NCBI GenBank assembly: GCA_949282275.1
Contig: CASDOO010000020.1
Coordinates: forward strand, 4,965-68,964
From: an uncultured Bacillota bacterium
GTDB lineage: Bacteria > Bacillota_I > Bacilli_A > RFN20 > CAG-288
DNA length: 64,000 nt
Direction: 5' to 3'
In this document: positions 9,793 through 20,834 of the stretch, piece by piece
How the letters are laid out: each line of letters starts with the position of its first letter
Position numbering within the stretch: the stretch's first letter is position 1
The notes under the pieces: generated by a model
The model's input: the letters and a program-made list of their open reading frames with translations, nothing else
Told to the model about the DNA's origin: nothing
Database searches by the model: none
Translations under genes and position numbers: made by a program

Positions 9793-11574
9793 TCAGAGAC
9801 CCTCGACGAGGGTCTTTTTCAATGTCTTGGACCACTCGGCGCTATGGAGCCTCTGTTCCTTGCGCTGGCGACGTCTCTTCAGGACCTGTCTTCTTTCCAC
9901 CTTGAGGCCAATTGCAAGGGCAACAAGGAGGACGACCGCAAGAAGGATGACGATATAGGACCAGAGGGGGAGGGAGGTGTTCTTGACCGCTTCCCACATC
10001 ATCAGGAGGGAGGCGTTCTGCTGGGCACCGAAGTCGGCCATGACGGCAAGCCGCGGAAGGACGCTGCTATCGGGGTACTGGGTGTCGAACTGCCTGTCCT
10101 TTTCCGTTGCGGGAAGGTAGAAGATGGCTTCCTTGGAGGCATCGACACCCTCGCCAAGCGTTCCCTCGAAGAAGTAGGAGATATCCTTCAGGTAGTAGCT
10201 TTCCGCCTTCTCTTCCTCGCTCAGGGCGTAGACGGCCTTGGGGTCGACCATCGTCAGGCCATCCAGGGCAGAAGGATCCAGTTCGCCCGTGTCCCAATAG
10301 CGGATGTCGTACCAAGAACGGACGAGATCAAGGATTTCCTGTCCGGCGATGACGGGCGTGTAGCCGATATAGTTCATGTTGACGGCGGCGTTGTCCGGAC
10401 GGGAGAGGAAGTCGACGAACTTCGCGGCCAGCTCCGGATTCTTCGCGTTCTTCGGGATGACCCAGCCATCGAACCAGATGTTGGCCCCGGCATCGGGAAG
10501 GAGGTACTTGAGGGTCGTCGGGACGAAGCCTTCCTCATCTTCGTGGAGGGCGTTGTTCTCGTCGGCAAGATCCATGGCGAAGGCGGCATCGCCCGACCAG
10601 GCGACATTGATGGCAAAGTACATGCCTCTGGCCATGTCCGTCTTTCCGGAATCGACCTCGAAGCCGAAGGCATTTTCCTTCAGGGCCTGGAGATCCTTCT
10701 CGACCCGGTCGAAGGTTTCCTGGTCGTGCATGTTGAAGAGCTGGGAGACCAATTCGTTGTAGGTGTCGGCATCATAGGTGCCGTTTTCGTATTTTTCCTT
10801 GAGCGTGGAGAAGCCCTCGTATTGCTTTCCGTCCAACTCAAAGTCTTGGTCGTAGGTCTTCATGATGCCCACGGCATAGGTGTCGCGCATCGAATCCTTG
10901 ATGGCGAGGAGGTTCCTGTAGTCCTCGCTCCAGAGGCTCGTCCAGTCGGAGAGGTCCTCGCGCATCTTGTTCTCGTCGATTCCCCGTTCCACGATCCCGG
11001 AGAAGCCGGGGTTGTAGAGAAGGCCGAGCGTTCCCCACATGTATCCCCTGGCATAGTCGTTGACGTTGACGATGTTCCCGTCCTCGTCCTCGACCTCAAT
11101 CGATTCGATCTTGGAACGGACGAAGGGAGAGACGTACTTGTCGTAGTTGGGGGTCGAGTCCTCCGGGAAGGGCTGGACGAGATCGTCGGCGATCATCTTC
11201 TGGATGACGTAGTCGGAAGGACAGATGATGTCGTACTCCGCCTTTCCCGTCTTCAGTTCGGCCAGCATCGTCTCGTTGGTGTCGAAGGCGGAATAGTTGA
11301 CATGGACGTTGATGCCTTCTTCCAGCATCGCCTGCTCGAACAAAGTGATCAGGCCCTGCTCGCCTTCGTCGTTGGTATCGTTGTCGCCATTGAGGTCCTC
11401 GTCGTCCTGGATGTAGTCTTCCCAGTTGTAGACGTTGAGGACGACAGGCTCGCTGCTTCTTGCCCGAAGGAGCGTGGCATGGCTGTTTGCCGCCTCCTCA
11501 AGGGGAAGGGCATTTGCTCCAAGAAGGAGAAGGGCCAGAGCCATTGGCACGTACTTGGCTTTTCTGCGGTTCAT
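9793..11574 (-). CDS. potD: Spermidine/putrescine-binding protein with C-terminal TM anchor
   Basis: 'LNVYNWEDYI', 'FDTNETM', 'PSDYVIQKM', 'YMWGTLG', 'WSGDA', 'NIWFDGWVIPK'; last gene of potABCD. Confidence 0.9.
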   Translation of the reverse strand: MNRRKAKYVPMALALLLLGANALPLEEAANSHATLLRARSSEPVVLNVYNWEDYIQDDEDLNGDNDTNDEGEQGLITLFEQAMLEEGINVHVNYSAFDTNETMLAELKTGKAEYDIICPSDYVIQKMIADDLVQPFPEDSTPNYDKYVSPFVRSKIESIEVEDEDGNIVNVNDYARGYMWGTLGLLYNPGFSGIVERGIDENKMREDLSDWTSLWSEDYRNLLAIKDSMRDTYAVGIMKTYDQDFELDGKQYEGFSTLKEKYENGTYDADTYNELVSQLFNMHDQETFDRVEKDLQALKENAFGFEVDSGKTDMARGMYFAINVAWSGDAAFAMDLADENNALHEDEEGFVPTTLKYLLPDAGANIWFDGWVIPKNAKNPELAAKFVDFLSRPDNAAVNMNYIGYTPVIAGQEILDLVRSWYDIRYWDTGELDPSALDGLTMVDPKAVYALSEEEKAESYYLKDISYFFEGTLGEGVDASKEAIFYLPATEKDRQFDTQYPDSSVLPRLAVMADFGAQQNASLLMMWEAVKNTSLPLWSYIVILLAVVLLVALAIGLKVERRQVLKRRRQRKEQRLHSAEWSKTLKKTLVEGL

Positions 11575-12428
11575 TTCGTTGCCCTCCTCTTTGCGTGCTT
11601 TCCGAGCGTGTCCCTGTTCTTGGCATTGACCTTGATGGAATAGACGATGACGATGACAAGGACGATGAGGAAGATGAGTGTCGTCAGGGCGCGCATCTCG
11701 GGCGGAACGGCGCCTTTCTTGATCTTCGCCTGGACAAGGGTCGACAGCGTCTCGATCTGTGCCTGTCCGCTAAGAAGGCCAGGACCCCTGGTGAAGGCAG
11801 TGACGATGAAGTCGTCCAGGGAAAGTGTGAAGGAGAGAAGGAGGCCGGAGAGGATTCCGGGGACGATCTGGGGAACGACGACCTTGTGGATGGCCTTTGT
11901 CGGGGAGCATCCCAGATCCATCGCTGCCTCGAAGAGAGCAGGATCCATCTGCTGGAGCTTGGGCTTGACGTTGAGATAGACAAAGGGGATGGCAAGGACG
12001 CAGTGTCCGGCAAGGAGCGTCCAGAAGGAGAAGAGGGATTCGCCCCCGAAGAAGTTCTGCCCGAGGAAGACGAACATGACCGTCAGGGACATGGCAAGGA
12101 CGATCTCGGCATTGACGACGGGTATCTGATTGATGTTCTCGACAAGGGAACGGAAGCCTTTCCTGCAATAGTAGACGCCGATGGCGCCGAGGGTCCCGAT
12201 GACGGTCGAGACAAGGGCGGAAATGGCGGCAAGGATGAGGGTATTGCCAAGGGCGGTCATGATCTCGGCATCCCGGAAGAGGTCGGCATAGAGCTGGAGG
12301 GAGAAGCCTTGCCACTGGCCGGCAAGCTCGGCCGCGGTGAAGGAATAGACAATCAGGTAGAGGACGGGAAGATAAAGGAGAAGGAGGATAACGTAGATAT
12401 AGCAATAGGACAGGATTTTCCTTACCAT
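11571..12428 (-). CDS. potC: Spermidine/putrescine ABC permease
   Basis: 'LYLPVLYLIVYSF', 'EAAMDLG', 'FTLSLDDF'. Confidence 0.92.
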   Translation of the reverse strand: MVRKILSYCYIYVILLLLYLPVLYLIVYSFTAAELAGQWQGFSLQLYADLFRDAEIMTALGNTLILAAISALVSTVIGTLGAIGVYYCRKGFRSLVENINQIPVVNAEIVLAMSLTVMFVFLGQNFFGGESLFSFWTLLAGHCVLAIPFVYLNVKPKLQQMDPALFEAAMDLGCSPTKAIHKVVVPQIVPGILSGLLLSFTLSLDDFIVTAFTRGPGLLSGQAQIETLSTLVQAKIKKGAVPPEMRALTTLIFLIVLVIVIVYSIKVNAKNRDTLGKHAKRRATK

Positions 12429-13231
12429 GACGAAGACCTCCTTTCCCCGCCGTCGCCCTGGAACTTGCGGGTGGCAAGCATGACCAGGAAGATGATGATC
12501 AGCATCAGCAGGGACATGAACGAACCGCCGTTCCAGTCGGAGTTGGAGAAGGAAAGGTAGATGGAGTTTCCGAAGAGCATGATCTTGCCTTCGCTAAGCG
12601 TATCGGAGATGACATAGGAGGAGATTGTCGGCATGAAGACCATCATGGCCGCGGATACGATTCCAGGCATCGCCTGGGGAATGATGGAACGCGTAAACGT
12701 GCGGAAAGGATTGCATCCAAGATCCTGGGCCGCCTCGATTTGGCTATGGTCGAGCTTGAGCATCGTCGAATAGAGAGGCAATACGGTGAAGGGAAGGTAG
12801 TTGAGAACCATGCCGATCATCGTGCAGAGAAGCGGATGTTCGCCGGTCGTCGTTCCCATCCACCCAAGGACCACGGAAAGAAGGTCTCTCAAGGCACCGG
12901 TACGGAGAACGAAATTGATCCACATCGGCATGACGAAGAGCATGACGAGCATGTAATTCTTGTTGATCTTCGGATTGGCGAGAAGATAGGAGAGCGGGAA
13001 GGCGATAAGAAGGCAGATGACGGTGTTGAGGATACCAATGAGGAGGGAGATGAGAAGGACGTTGAGCTTGACCGTCGAGGTGAAGAAGGACTTGAAGGCG
13101 TCAAGGGTGAAGTAGCCGTTGCTGTCGGTGAAGGCATAGTAGACGATGAAGAGGATCGGGACGAGGATGAAAAGGATGAGAAAGAGCGTGAAGGGCAGGG
13201 CGAGGGCCTTGCGGAAAGACTTATATCTCAT
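12422..13231 (-). CDS. potB: Spermidine/putrescine ABC permease
   Basis: 'PMWINFVLR', '[10 protein letters not shown]', 'EAAQDLG'. Confidence 0.92.
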   Translation of the reverse strand: MRYKSFRKALALPFTLFLILFILVPILFIVYYAFTDSNGYFTLDAFKSFFTSTVKLNVLLISLLIGILNTVICLLIAFPLSYLLANPKINKNYMLVMLFVMPMWINFVLRTGALRDLLSVVLGWMGTTTGEHPLLCTMIGMVLNYLPFTVLPLYSTMLKLDHSQIEAAQDLGCNPFRTFTRSIIPQAMPGIVSAAMMVFMPTISSYVISDTLSEGKIMLFGNSIYLSFSNSDWNGGSFMSLLMLIIIFLVMLATRKFQGDGGERRSSSW

Positions 13232-14903
13232 AGTCCTCGATCTCTCCTTTCAGCTTCATCTTGATGTCTTCCTTGCGGACGGTAAGGCCGACGATATCGC
13301 CGGGATTGAAGGTGTAGGGCGTGGCGACGAAGAAGTCTTCCTCGTTCTCGGTGCGGACAAGGATGAGGTAGTGGTCGCCCTTATAGACGGCGGTGATGAC
13401 CTCACCGGTGATGTTGGCTTCGGAAGTATCGTCGGAAATCTGGAGTGCCCTTGGGTCGATGGTGGCGATGACGTCCGCATTGGCGAAGTCATAGCGTTTC
13501 TTGTCATAGGTGACGATGCCGTCCTCGTCGACGCTGGAAGAGGCAAAGAGGCAGGAGAGGTCGCAATCGAATGGGGCATCGTCGATATAGACGCGATGGT
13601 CCTTTCCGATATAGCTGTCGGTATAGACGTTGAGATCGTTTGCCCTCTTCATCAGGTGGATGCCAGCCGGACGGATGTCCAGATAGATTGGCTTGTCCTG
13701 GTCGAAATCCTTGATGGACTGGGCGAGAAGCTCGTCGTGGCCGATCATGATGACGTATTGATAGTGGATGCCCTTGAAGACCTTGGCGGCGATGCGGCCC
13801 TGGATATAGTTTTCCTTGGGGAAGTCGGAGAGGTGGACATCTTCCGGACGGACGATGACATCGACCCTTTCGTTGACGGGGAAATCGTCCAGGCAGTCAT
13901 AGGCGTGGTTGAGGAAGCGGACCTTCCTCGGGGCGATGACCGTCGCATTGTAGATGTTGGAGGAACCGATGAAGTCGGCGACAAAGGCGTTCTGCGGTTC
14001 GTTGTAGATTTCTTCGGGCGTTCCGATCTGCTGGATGACGCCATCGTTCATGACGATGATCGTGTCGGACATGGTCAAGGCCTCTTCCTGGTCGTGGGTG
14101 ACGTAGATGAAGGTGATGCCAAGACGCTTGTGCATTTCCTTGAGTTCCAATTGCATGTCCTTGCGCATCTTGAGGTCCAGGGCGCCAAGGGGCTCGTCAA
14201 GAAGAAGGATGAGCGGTTCGCAGGTGATGGCCCTGGCGATGGCGACCCTTTGCTGCTGGCCGCCGGAAAGCGTCGAGATGTCCCTGTCTTCCAGCTCGTC
14301 GAGATCGACGACGGAGAGGGCATGAACGACTTTCTCGTCGATTTCCTGCTCGGTGAGATGGCGGAACTTGTAGGCCTGGACCGGAGTCTGCAGGACTTCC
14401 TGGAGCCGTGCCTGGAGTTCCTTGAGTCTCTTTTCCTTCTCTTCCTTGTCGATGATCTTGTCGTGGCGGATTCGGCGGATCTGGCTCTTGAGATCCTTGG
14501 CCTTTGCCTTGTCCACCTTCATGACGGGATGGCCTTCCTTGTCTTTCAAAGGCATCGGGATCTTCTTGTTGCGAAGGCCGAAGGCGACGTTGTCATAGAC
14601 GTCGAGGTTCGGGAAGAGGGCGTAATGCTGGAAGACGGTATTGACCGGTCTCCGATAGGGCGGGATGGTCGTGATGTCCTTTCCATTGAGAAGGATATCG
14701 CCGGATGTCGGTATCTCGAAACCGGCAATCATGCGGAGCGTCGTAGACTTTCCGCATCCAGATGGTCCCAGAATGGTGACGAACTCGCCTTTCCGGATGT
14801 TGAGGTTCATCTTGTCGATGACGGTAGTGCCGTCGAAAATCTTCGTCACGTTCTTCATCTCGATGATGAAGGATGATTCGGATTTGCCCTGCAGCTGTTC
14901 CAT
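13221..14903 (-). CDS. potA: Spermidine/putrescine ABC ATPase with an insertion in the ATPase domain and an extended C-terminus
   Basis: GPSGCGKS, '[14 protein letters not shown]', LSGGQQQR, '[10 protein letters not shown]'. Start placed at MEQLQG after a GGGAGG SD. Confidence 0.92.
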   Translation of the reverse strand: MEQLQGKSESSFIIEMKNVTKIFDGTTVIDKMNLNIRKGEFVTILGPSGCGKSTTLRMIAGFEIPTSGDILLNGKDITTIPPYRRPVNTVFQHYALFPNLDVYDNVAFGLRNKKIPMPLKDKEGHPVMKVDKAKAKDLKSQIRRIRHDKIIDKEEKEKRLKELQARLQEVLQTPVQAYKFRHLTEQEIDEKVVHALSVVDLDELEDRDISTLSGGQQQRVAIARAITCEPLILLLDEPLGALDLKMRKDMQLELKEMHKRLGITFIYVTHDQEEALTMSDTIIVMNDGVIQQIGTPEEIYNEPQNAFVADFIGSSNIYNATVIAPRKVRFLNHAYDCLDDFPVNERVDVIVRPEDVHLSDFPKENYIQGRIAAKVFKGIHYQYVIMIGHDELLAQSIKDFDQDKPIYLDIRPAGIHLMKRANDLNVYTDSYIGKDHRVYIDDAPFDCDLSCLFASSSVDEDGIVTYDKKRYDFANADVIATIDPRALQISDDTSEANITGEVITAVYKGDHYLILVRTENEEDFFVATPYTFNPGDIVGLTVRKEDIKMKLKGEIEDYEI

Positions 14904-15243
14904 TTGGTTTCCTCCCACTTTTTTCGTCAAAAATAAACGTCCAAAATATAGGGTCTCGACCCCCAAAATGCAATCCTTTTTTTCAAAAAAAATCCCCCTG
15001 AAAAACGCATTTGAAATATCTTTCGTTAATCTCATCAAGTTTTGAATCGAAAATCATTGACGGGAATTGTCAAAATCGCTAAAAGCGTATAGGAAAAAAC
15101 CTTTTCCAATAAATGAAAGACGTCATGAAAAAAACACAAAAGGTCCTTTTCTCTCGCAATCGTAAAGAAACGGCGAGGAAAATGATGGGGCATTTTGCAT
15201 CGAAATCTGCTATGATTCTCTTGCAAGTCATGGAGGTAGGAGA

Positions 15244-15915
15244 ATGAAGGGAAACGATTATCAGGCATTCGTCTTCGACATGGACGGGACGATCGTCTCT
15301 TCCATCGAGGATATCGGCGATGCGGTCAATTATTCCCTTGCCTTCCATCACCTTCCGATACACCCCATGTCGGATTTCCCGGGCTATCTCGGAAACGGCT
15401 CCGTGAAGCTTATCCAACGGGCCTTGGGAAAGGAACATCAGGACTGTTTCCAGAAGGTCTTCGATACCTACTATGCCTATTATCTCGAGCATTTCTGCGT
15501 CAAGACGCATCCCTATGAAGGAATCGTCGAAAGCCTAAGCTGTGCCAAGAAGGAAGGCATCCTTCTTTTCGTCTATACCAACAAGCCCGAGAAGATAGCT
15601 CTCGAGGTGGCCGACAAGTGCTTCGGGAAGGGGTTCCTCGATGGCCTTGTCGGAATACCCCTTGGCGGCAAGGTCAAGCCCGATCCGGAAGCCTTTGTCG
15701 AAAGGGTCATGAAACCCTATCATCTCGATCCAAAACGTTGTGCCTACTTCGGGGATTCCGTCACCGACATCTTGACCGCCAGGAACCTTTCCATCGAAAA
15801 GGCCTATGCCGTTTCTTGGGGCTATGTTCCAAGAGAAAGGCTTCTTGAGTCGAAACCTTATCGCCTGCTTGAGAACCCACTTCAGATCAAGGACGTAGCC
15901 CAAGGACTTCTCTAG
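15244..15915 (+). CDS. HAD-family phosphatase (phosphoglycolate phosphatase-like)
   Basis: 'FDMDGT', 'TNK', 'KPDP', 'GDSVTD'. Confidence 0.85.
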   Translation: MKGNDYQAFVFDMDGTIVSSIEDIGDAVNYSLAFHHLPIHPMSDFPGYLGNGSVKLIQRALGKEHQDCFQKVFDTYYAYYLEHFCVKTHPYEGIVESLSCAKKEGILLFVYTNKPEKIALEVADKCFGKGFLDGLVGIPLGGKVKPDPEAFVERVMKPYHLDPKRCAYFGDSVTDILTARNLSIEKAYAVSWGYVPRERLLESKPYRLLENPLQIKDVAQGLL

Positions 15916-18479
15916 GCCCTGTTTTGGAGGTCGGATAGATTCGGTGCCTGGCCTAGCCAGGCCTTTTTCGTTTCATCTAAGGGAGCAAAGCGATAAGGGT
16001 GGAAGCCGGTGATGTTGCTTGCCGCTCTTAGCATGGCAATCTTCATCGCCTGGTATTTTCCGATTGGACTGGTGTTGAAGTCCGGGACGGGATCCTGTTT
16101 CAGGTCGAGGGAGTAGAGATAGGGATCAAGAGTGAATTCCGTTCCGAAGCTTTCCGCCAGTGTCTTGGAAAGGAAGACATCGGATGCATTGTATCCGCCT
16201 CCGTTGAGGAAGACGGGGAGGTTGACATAGTGGCTTCCTTCCCTTTCGACCAGGACATGGGATTGTTGTTCCGCAATCATTTTCTTCAGGGGCAGGTAGT
16301 CGTCCTCGGTGACGGAGACGGAAAAGCCATCGCCAAGTCCGCCATGGGCAAGGATGAGCGAGGCGATGTTCTCTAGAAGCAGGGACTCAAAGGAAAGGTC
16401 GTCGAATTTCTTCCAGTCATAGAAACGGCAATCCCCTTCAAGGCTAAGCAAGACGGGATAGGAGGTCCTTGCCATGTTCGAAGGCTGGACATCGCCAAAA
16501 TACATGCCCGTGATGAGGGAGAGCAGCGAGGTGATATTGGAATGGAGGAAGCTTCCCTGCGGAATCGTGTCCAGGAAGAGGGCGGAAATGCCGGAGTTGT
16601 AGAAGAAGCAGTCCGAAATCGCCGTCGTTCCTTTATAGACCTTGTTTCCCGAGCCATCGAAGAAACCTTCCGTGTTGGTCAGGCTGTCAGCAATCGTCGG
16701 GATTGCGTTGGCATAGTCTTCCTTGGAATAAAGCCCTTCGTCCACCCCGACGAATTCGTTGGCCTGGGTGTTGTAGATGGCTCCGTAGGAAAGAAGGGAA
16801 TCGGCTTTGTAATTGAAGTCCTGAAGGGATTCCAGGCTCTGTCGGGAAAGATAGTCCTTTGCCGTCGTTCTGTGCTTGACGCCGTTCCCGTCCGTATAGA
16901 CGACTTCCTTGTCTTCGTTGACCTCGTTGAATTCGTTCGCCCCCAGCTTGACGAGGAATTCCATCGCATTCTGGAGAAGGCAGTTTTCGACTGTCAGGCC
17001 TTGGCTGGAATAGCTTCGCAGGACGTTTCTTCCTTTCTCGATGACGGAATTCTGGACACGGACATTGTCGCCGTTGACTTCGAGGACGGTTCCCGTATAG
17101 GCGAGGTTCGTGAGATTCCCGGCGATATTGTCGGCGTTTGCGAAATGGACATCGTCCAAGGTGATATCGTCTCCATCCACGTAGAAGCCGACATTGTCCT
17201 GGCCATAGAGGGCGAAGATGGGAAGGCCACCATTGGTAATGCTTGTTCCGGGCGTGTTGGGGTCGCCAAGACTGACGTAGAGAAGCGGGCCCCGATAGAG
17301 GTCGCTTTCACCGAGGATTGCATTGGTCGTCTGGTTTCCGAGACTGTCGGTGATGGTCTGCTCCTGGGACGGATAGCAAAGGTCGTGAAGGTTTATCTCG
17401 AAGCCGTTTCCATGGAAGTCCTTCTGGATGTGGACGGCGGCATAGCGGAGCAAGGAGACGGGTGTCTCCGGTTTCTTCTCGTTCCAGAAGTCGAGATAGG
17501 TATGGTCATAGGTTGTCGTGAAGCGATAGAGGTCGGAAGGTTCAAACGGACGTGGAGAAGTTCCTGACATATGGCCAAATAAGGAAGCACCTTTGTCGGA
17601 AAGGACAAGGTTGCCGTCATTGTCGATAATGGCGGACCCATCGGAAGTCGTTTCATATGTTCTTTCGAAATTGAGAAGATTCTTTCTTAGGACAATAGGG
17701 ATTCCCGTTGCGGAGTCATTCGTTGCTGCCATCAAGTCGTCATAATCATAGACATTCATGGCTTCCTCGATGGCAAAGGCAATCGTCCCGTTTCCTTTGG
17801 AAGAGACGGGATTGATGAAGGTGACGGAAGCTTCCCCTTCCTCAAGGAGTGTGATTTCATGGTTGGGAAGGTCGACTTCCACGTTTGGACTGCTTTCGAT
17901 TTTGATCTCGTTTTCCTGGAAACTTGAGGTTCCGAAAATCTCGATGTCAAACGAGAGGGTCGCATCGGGAGTCTTTCTATCATAGGCATCGACGCTATCG
18001 TAGAGACCGACATGGTTGATTCCGGAGATGGATTGGCTCGAGAAGGGGATCGTCGGGGTGATGATGATGGCTCCGGAATCGCCGACGATACGGGCAAGGA
18101 AATAGTCGGAGACGTTTCCTTTTTGGTTTCGGCATTCCACACGGCACGTTCCTTCATCGTGGAAGACGAGATAGTTATCCTCGCCTTCTTTCTCGATTGT
18201 CGCAATGTCGCTTTCCTCTTTCGTCACGGGATCCAAGCTCGACCAGACGAGGTCATTTCCATCGCTTAGAGGATAGCGTTCATCATAGACGGGATTGGCC
18301 TTCAGAAGTGTCCTTCTCTGGGAAAGGGAGAAGGGATTTTCTTCGCCGCTTTGGTACTCCCAGCTTATTCCCGTGATGTCCGTCTCAACCGACCGGATGA
18401 TGACTGTCGAGGTGACGAAGGCAAAGATGGCGATGAGGAAGGGAAGGAAAAGGAGGAAGATGATGGCTTTCTTTCTCAT
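15912..18479 (-). CDS. Large membrane-anchored extracellular protein (possible Ig-like N-part and beta-helix segment)
   Basis: N-terminal hydrophobic anchor. 'LVWSSLDP...IATI' is Ig-like; 'VDGDDITLDDVHF/VNGDNVRVQNSVI/LTVENCLL' is a beta-helix-like repeat pattern. Confidence 0.6.
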   Translation of the reverse strand: MRKKAIIFLLFLPFLIAIFAFVTSTVIIRSVETDITGISWEYQSGEENPFSLSQRRTLLKANPVYDERYPLSDGNDLVWSSLDPVTKEESDIATIEKEGEDNYLVFHDEGTCRVECRNQKGNVSDYFLARIVGDSGAIIITPTIPFSSQSISGINHVGLYDSVDAYDRKTPDATLSFDIEIFGTSSFQENEIKIESSPNVEVDLPNHEITLLEEGEASVTFINPVSSKGNGTIAFAIEEAMNVYDYDDLMAATNDSATGIPIVLRKNLLNFERTYETTSDGSAIIDNDGNLVLSDKGASLFGHMSGTSPRPFEPSDLYRFTTTYDHTYLDFWNEKKPETPVSLLRYAAVHIQKDFHGNGFEINLHDLCYPSQEQTITDSLGNQTTNAILGESDLYRGPLLYVSLGDPNTPGTSITNGGLPIFALYGQDNVGFYVDGDDITLDDVHFANADNIAGNLTNLAYTGTVLEVNGDNVRVQNSVIEKGRNVLRSYSSQGLTVENCLLQNAMEFLVKLGANEFNEVNEDKEVVYTDGNGVKHRTTAKDYLSRQSLESLQDFNYKADSLLSYGAIYNTQANEFVGVDEGLYSKEDYANAIPTIADSLTNTEGFFDGSGNKVYKGTTAISDCFFYNSGISALFLDTIPQGSFLHSNITSLLSLITGMYFGDVQPSNMARTSYPVLLSLEGDCRFYDWKKFDDLSFESLLLENIASLILAHGGLGDGFSVSVTEDDYLPLKKMIAEQQSHVLVEREGSHYVNLPVFLNGGGYNASDVFLSKTLAESFGTEFTLDPYLYSLDLKQDPVPDFNTSPIGKYQAMKIAMLRAASNITGFHPYRFAPLDETKKAWLGQAPNLSDLQNRA

Positions 18480-20086
18480 GATTGGGCCTCCTTTTCATAT
18501 CGCAGGAATAGTTTCTCCGTCTTCAGGAAAAAGAGCAGGAAAAGAACTCCGGAAAGAATTAGGAGAAGAATCAGCGCACAGAGATAGAACGTCAGGACGC
18601 TTTGACTGTTGAAGGGCTTCAGGAGGGAAAGAAGGAAGGAAAAGGCAAGGAAAATAACGGGAAGGAGGAAATCGACGACGAGCGAAAGGAAATCGCCTTT
18701 CTTCATCCTCAAGTCCAAATGGATCGAGGAGAAGGAGAGGGCAAGAAGGAAGACAAGGCCGATGGGAAGGAGGAAGGCAAAGGAAAGGGCGGAAATCTCG
18801 TTCGTCGAGACCAACACGATGATGGCGACAAGATAGGAAACAGCGGAGAAGAGGAAGGGGACGAAAAGCTTGACCAGGAGCTGCTTTCTCGGGGATACGG
18901 GCAAGGTCTTCATCGTAACGATGTTGTTTCCTTCTTTCTTCAGGGAAAGGGAGGAGGTGGCATTGATGACGGCAAGGAAGAGAAGGATCAGAAGGGAATC
19001 CATAAACAAAAGGAAGTTCGGAAAGAGCGTCTGGATGAAGCTGAGGTTTCCCGTATGGAAGATGACGTTGATTGCCGAGACGACCAAATAAATCAGGAAT
19101 GGCTCCACGGCAACAAGGGAAATGAAGGAAAAGAAGCCATCGCTTCGGCTTAGGACAAGGGAGAGCTCCTTCTTGACCAAGGCCATGAAAGGCGTGTCCA
19201 ATGTGACAGGAAGGACCAGGAAATCCTTTCTCTCCTCCCCCTTTACGCCTTGACGATAGTAACGTTCCAAATAGGGATAGAAGATAGGTAAGGAAAGAAG
19301 GGGAAAGCCAATCGTCATCAAAAGGAACCAAAGGAAGGCGATGGCGCTTTCCGTGAGCAAAGTCTGGGAAAGAAAGGATGTCGGGACAAGGTATCGGGCG
19401 ATATGGGACATGGATTCCATCCTTTCCGTGGTGAAGAGCATGTCCAACGAGGAATTCTGAATCAGATCGACGAAGAGACCGAGGAACAAGGAATAAAGAT
19501 AGGCAAGAAGGAAGGAGATGGCGATGGTAAAGAGGAAGGCAAGGATGGGATAGCGCTTGAGGAAAAGGTAAAGGACGCGGTAAGGAAGGAGGAAAAGAAG
19601 GGCAATGCCAGTCAGAAGCACGGCGAACAAAGGAAGGAAAAGCAGGAGAAGGAAATAGAAAATACCACCGCTTCCGGATTCGGCACCATAGACGATGGAT
19701 AACGGAAAATAGGTGATGAAAAGGAACAAGGCATTTCGAAGAAGAGAGTAAAGCGTTTTTGAAATAAGAATATCCTTCCTCGATACGGGCCTCGATCCCA
19801 GGATTATCCTTTCCTTCTCGTTTTGGAAAAATGTCTTGTGCATCGTCGGGACAGCAAAGACGATGCCGAGAACAAAGACGAAGAAGAGGACGAAATCGTA
19901 GAAGGAGCGGTTGAATCCGGAATAGATGGCAAGCTGTCCATAGAGCCTGTCGTAGACGAAACAGAGGATGGTCACGAGAAGTCCGGCAAAAAGGACGGTC
20001 GATGCTATCGACAGGATTCTTTTCGTGCCGCGTTTATGGAAGACGGAAGAGGAGAACAGTTCCCGCTTAAATAACGTCCGGATCAT
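18476..20086 (-). CDS. ABC exporter permease (duplicated multi-TM)
   Basis: About 12-14 TM; twin motifs 'SRPVSRKDILISK' and 'TLPVSPRKQLLVK'; coupled to the ABC ATPase. Confidence 0.75.
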   Translation of the reverse strand: MIRTLFKRELFSSSVFHKRGTKRILSIASTVLFAGLLVTILCFVYDRLYGQLAIYSGFNRSFYDFVLFFVFVLGIVFAVPTMHKTFFQNEKERIILGSRPVSRKDILISKTLYSLLRNALFLFITYFPLSIVYGAESGSGGIFYFLLLLFLPLFAVLLTGIALLFLLPYRVLYLFLKRYPILAFLFTIAISFLLAYLYSLFLGLFVDLIQNSSLDMLFTTERMESMSHIARYLVPTSFLSQTLLTESAIAFLWFLLMTIGFPLLSLPIFYPYLERYYRQGVKGEERKDFLVLPVTLDTPFMALVKKELSLVLSRSDGFFSFISLVAVEPFLIYLVVSAINVIFHTGNLSFIQTLFPNFLLFMDSLLILLFLAVINATSSLSLKKEGNNIVTMKTLPVSPRKQLLVKLFVPFLFSAVSYLVAIIVLVSTNEISALSFAFLLPIGLVFLLALSFSSIHLDLRMKKGDFLSLVVDFLLPVIFLAFSFLLSLLKPFNSQSVLTFYLCALILLLILSGVLFLLFFLKTEKLFLRYEKEAQS

Positions 20087-20834
20087 TTTCCTCTTCCTTT
20101 TCCTTGGCGTTTTCCAGGAAGTACTGGTTGAGATGGTAGCGTTCCCTCGGGTTTTCTTTCAAAGAGAAGATCTTTTGGATCGTTCCCTTGTTGATGATGG
20201 CAACCCTGTCGCACAGACGGGCGATGAGGTCGATGTTGTGGCTTGCCACGAAGACGGTCTTGTCGTGATCGGCAAATTCCCGCATCATCCGGCACAGCTC
20301 GTTGGACGTGAAGGCATCCAGTCCAACGGTTGGTTCATCAAGAATCCAGATCTTCGGGTTGTGAATCAGAGAGGCAATCAAGCAGAGCTTTTGCTTCATT
20401 CCGTGGGAGTATTCCTTGATTGGTCTATAGAGATCGTTCATGGAAAGATCGAGACGTTTTGCCAAATATTCGAAATTCGTCTTGAAACGATTCTTGTTTA
20501 TCCTGTAGATGGAGGCGATGAATTCCACGTAGCCAAGCCCACTCATCTCCTCATAGCTTGTCGGTTCGCTCGTGACATAGCCAAAGGTTTCCTTGGCCTT
20601 GTTGGCTTCCTTGCGGATATCAAATCCGCCAATCTGGATCGTTCCGCTTTGGAAATCCTTGATTCCGATGGAGCATTCGATGGTGGTTGACTTTCCGACG
20701 CCGTTCTTTCCGATGAATCCGAAAAGCTCGCCTTCATAGACATCAAGGTCTATACCCTTAAGGACTTCATGTGTTCCGTAGCTCTTGTGGAGGGAGTGGA
20801 TGGCGATTGCGATATGTTTTTCTGCTTCAGGCAT
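20067..20834 (-). CDS. ABC transporter ATP-binding protein
   Basis: GKNGVGKS, 'YSHGMKQKL', 'ILDEPTVGLD', 'ASH'. Confidence 0.92.
   Translation of the reverse strand: MPEAEKHIAIAIHSLHKSYGTHEVLKGIDLDVYEGELFGFIGKNGVGKSTTIECSIGIKDFQSGTIQIGGFDIRKEANKAKETFGYVTSEPTSYEEMSGLGYVEFIASIYRINKNRFKTNFEYLAKRLDLSMNDLYRPIKEYSHGMKQKLCLIASLIHNPKIWILDEPTVGLDAFTSNELCRMMREFADHDKTVFVASHNIDLIARLCDRVAIINKGTIQKIFSLKENPRERYHLNQYFLENAKEKEEENDPDVI

Noticed and set aside
9844-14876. Long opposite-strand ORFs (599 aa, 576 aa; similar ones at 37259-38749, 45715-47400 and 53319-54584)
   Set aside because: Antisense shadows of well-supported genes with GC-rich third positions; no motifs or SD sequences.
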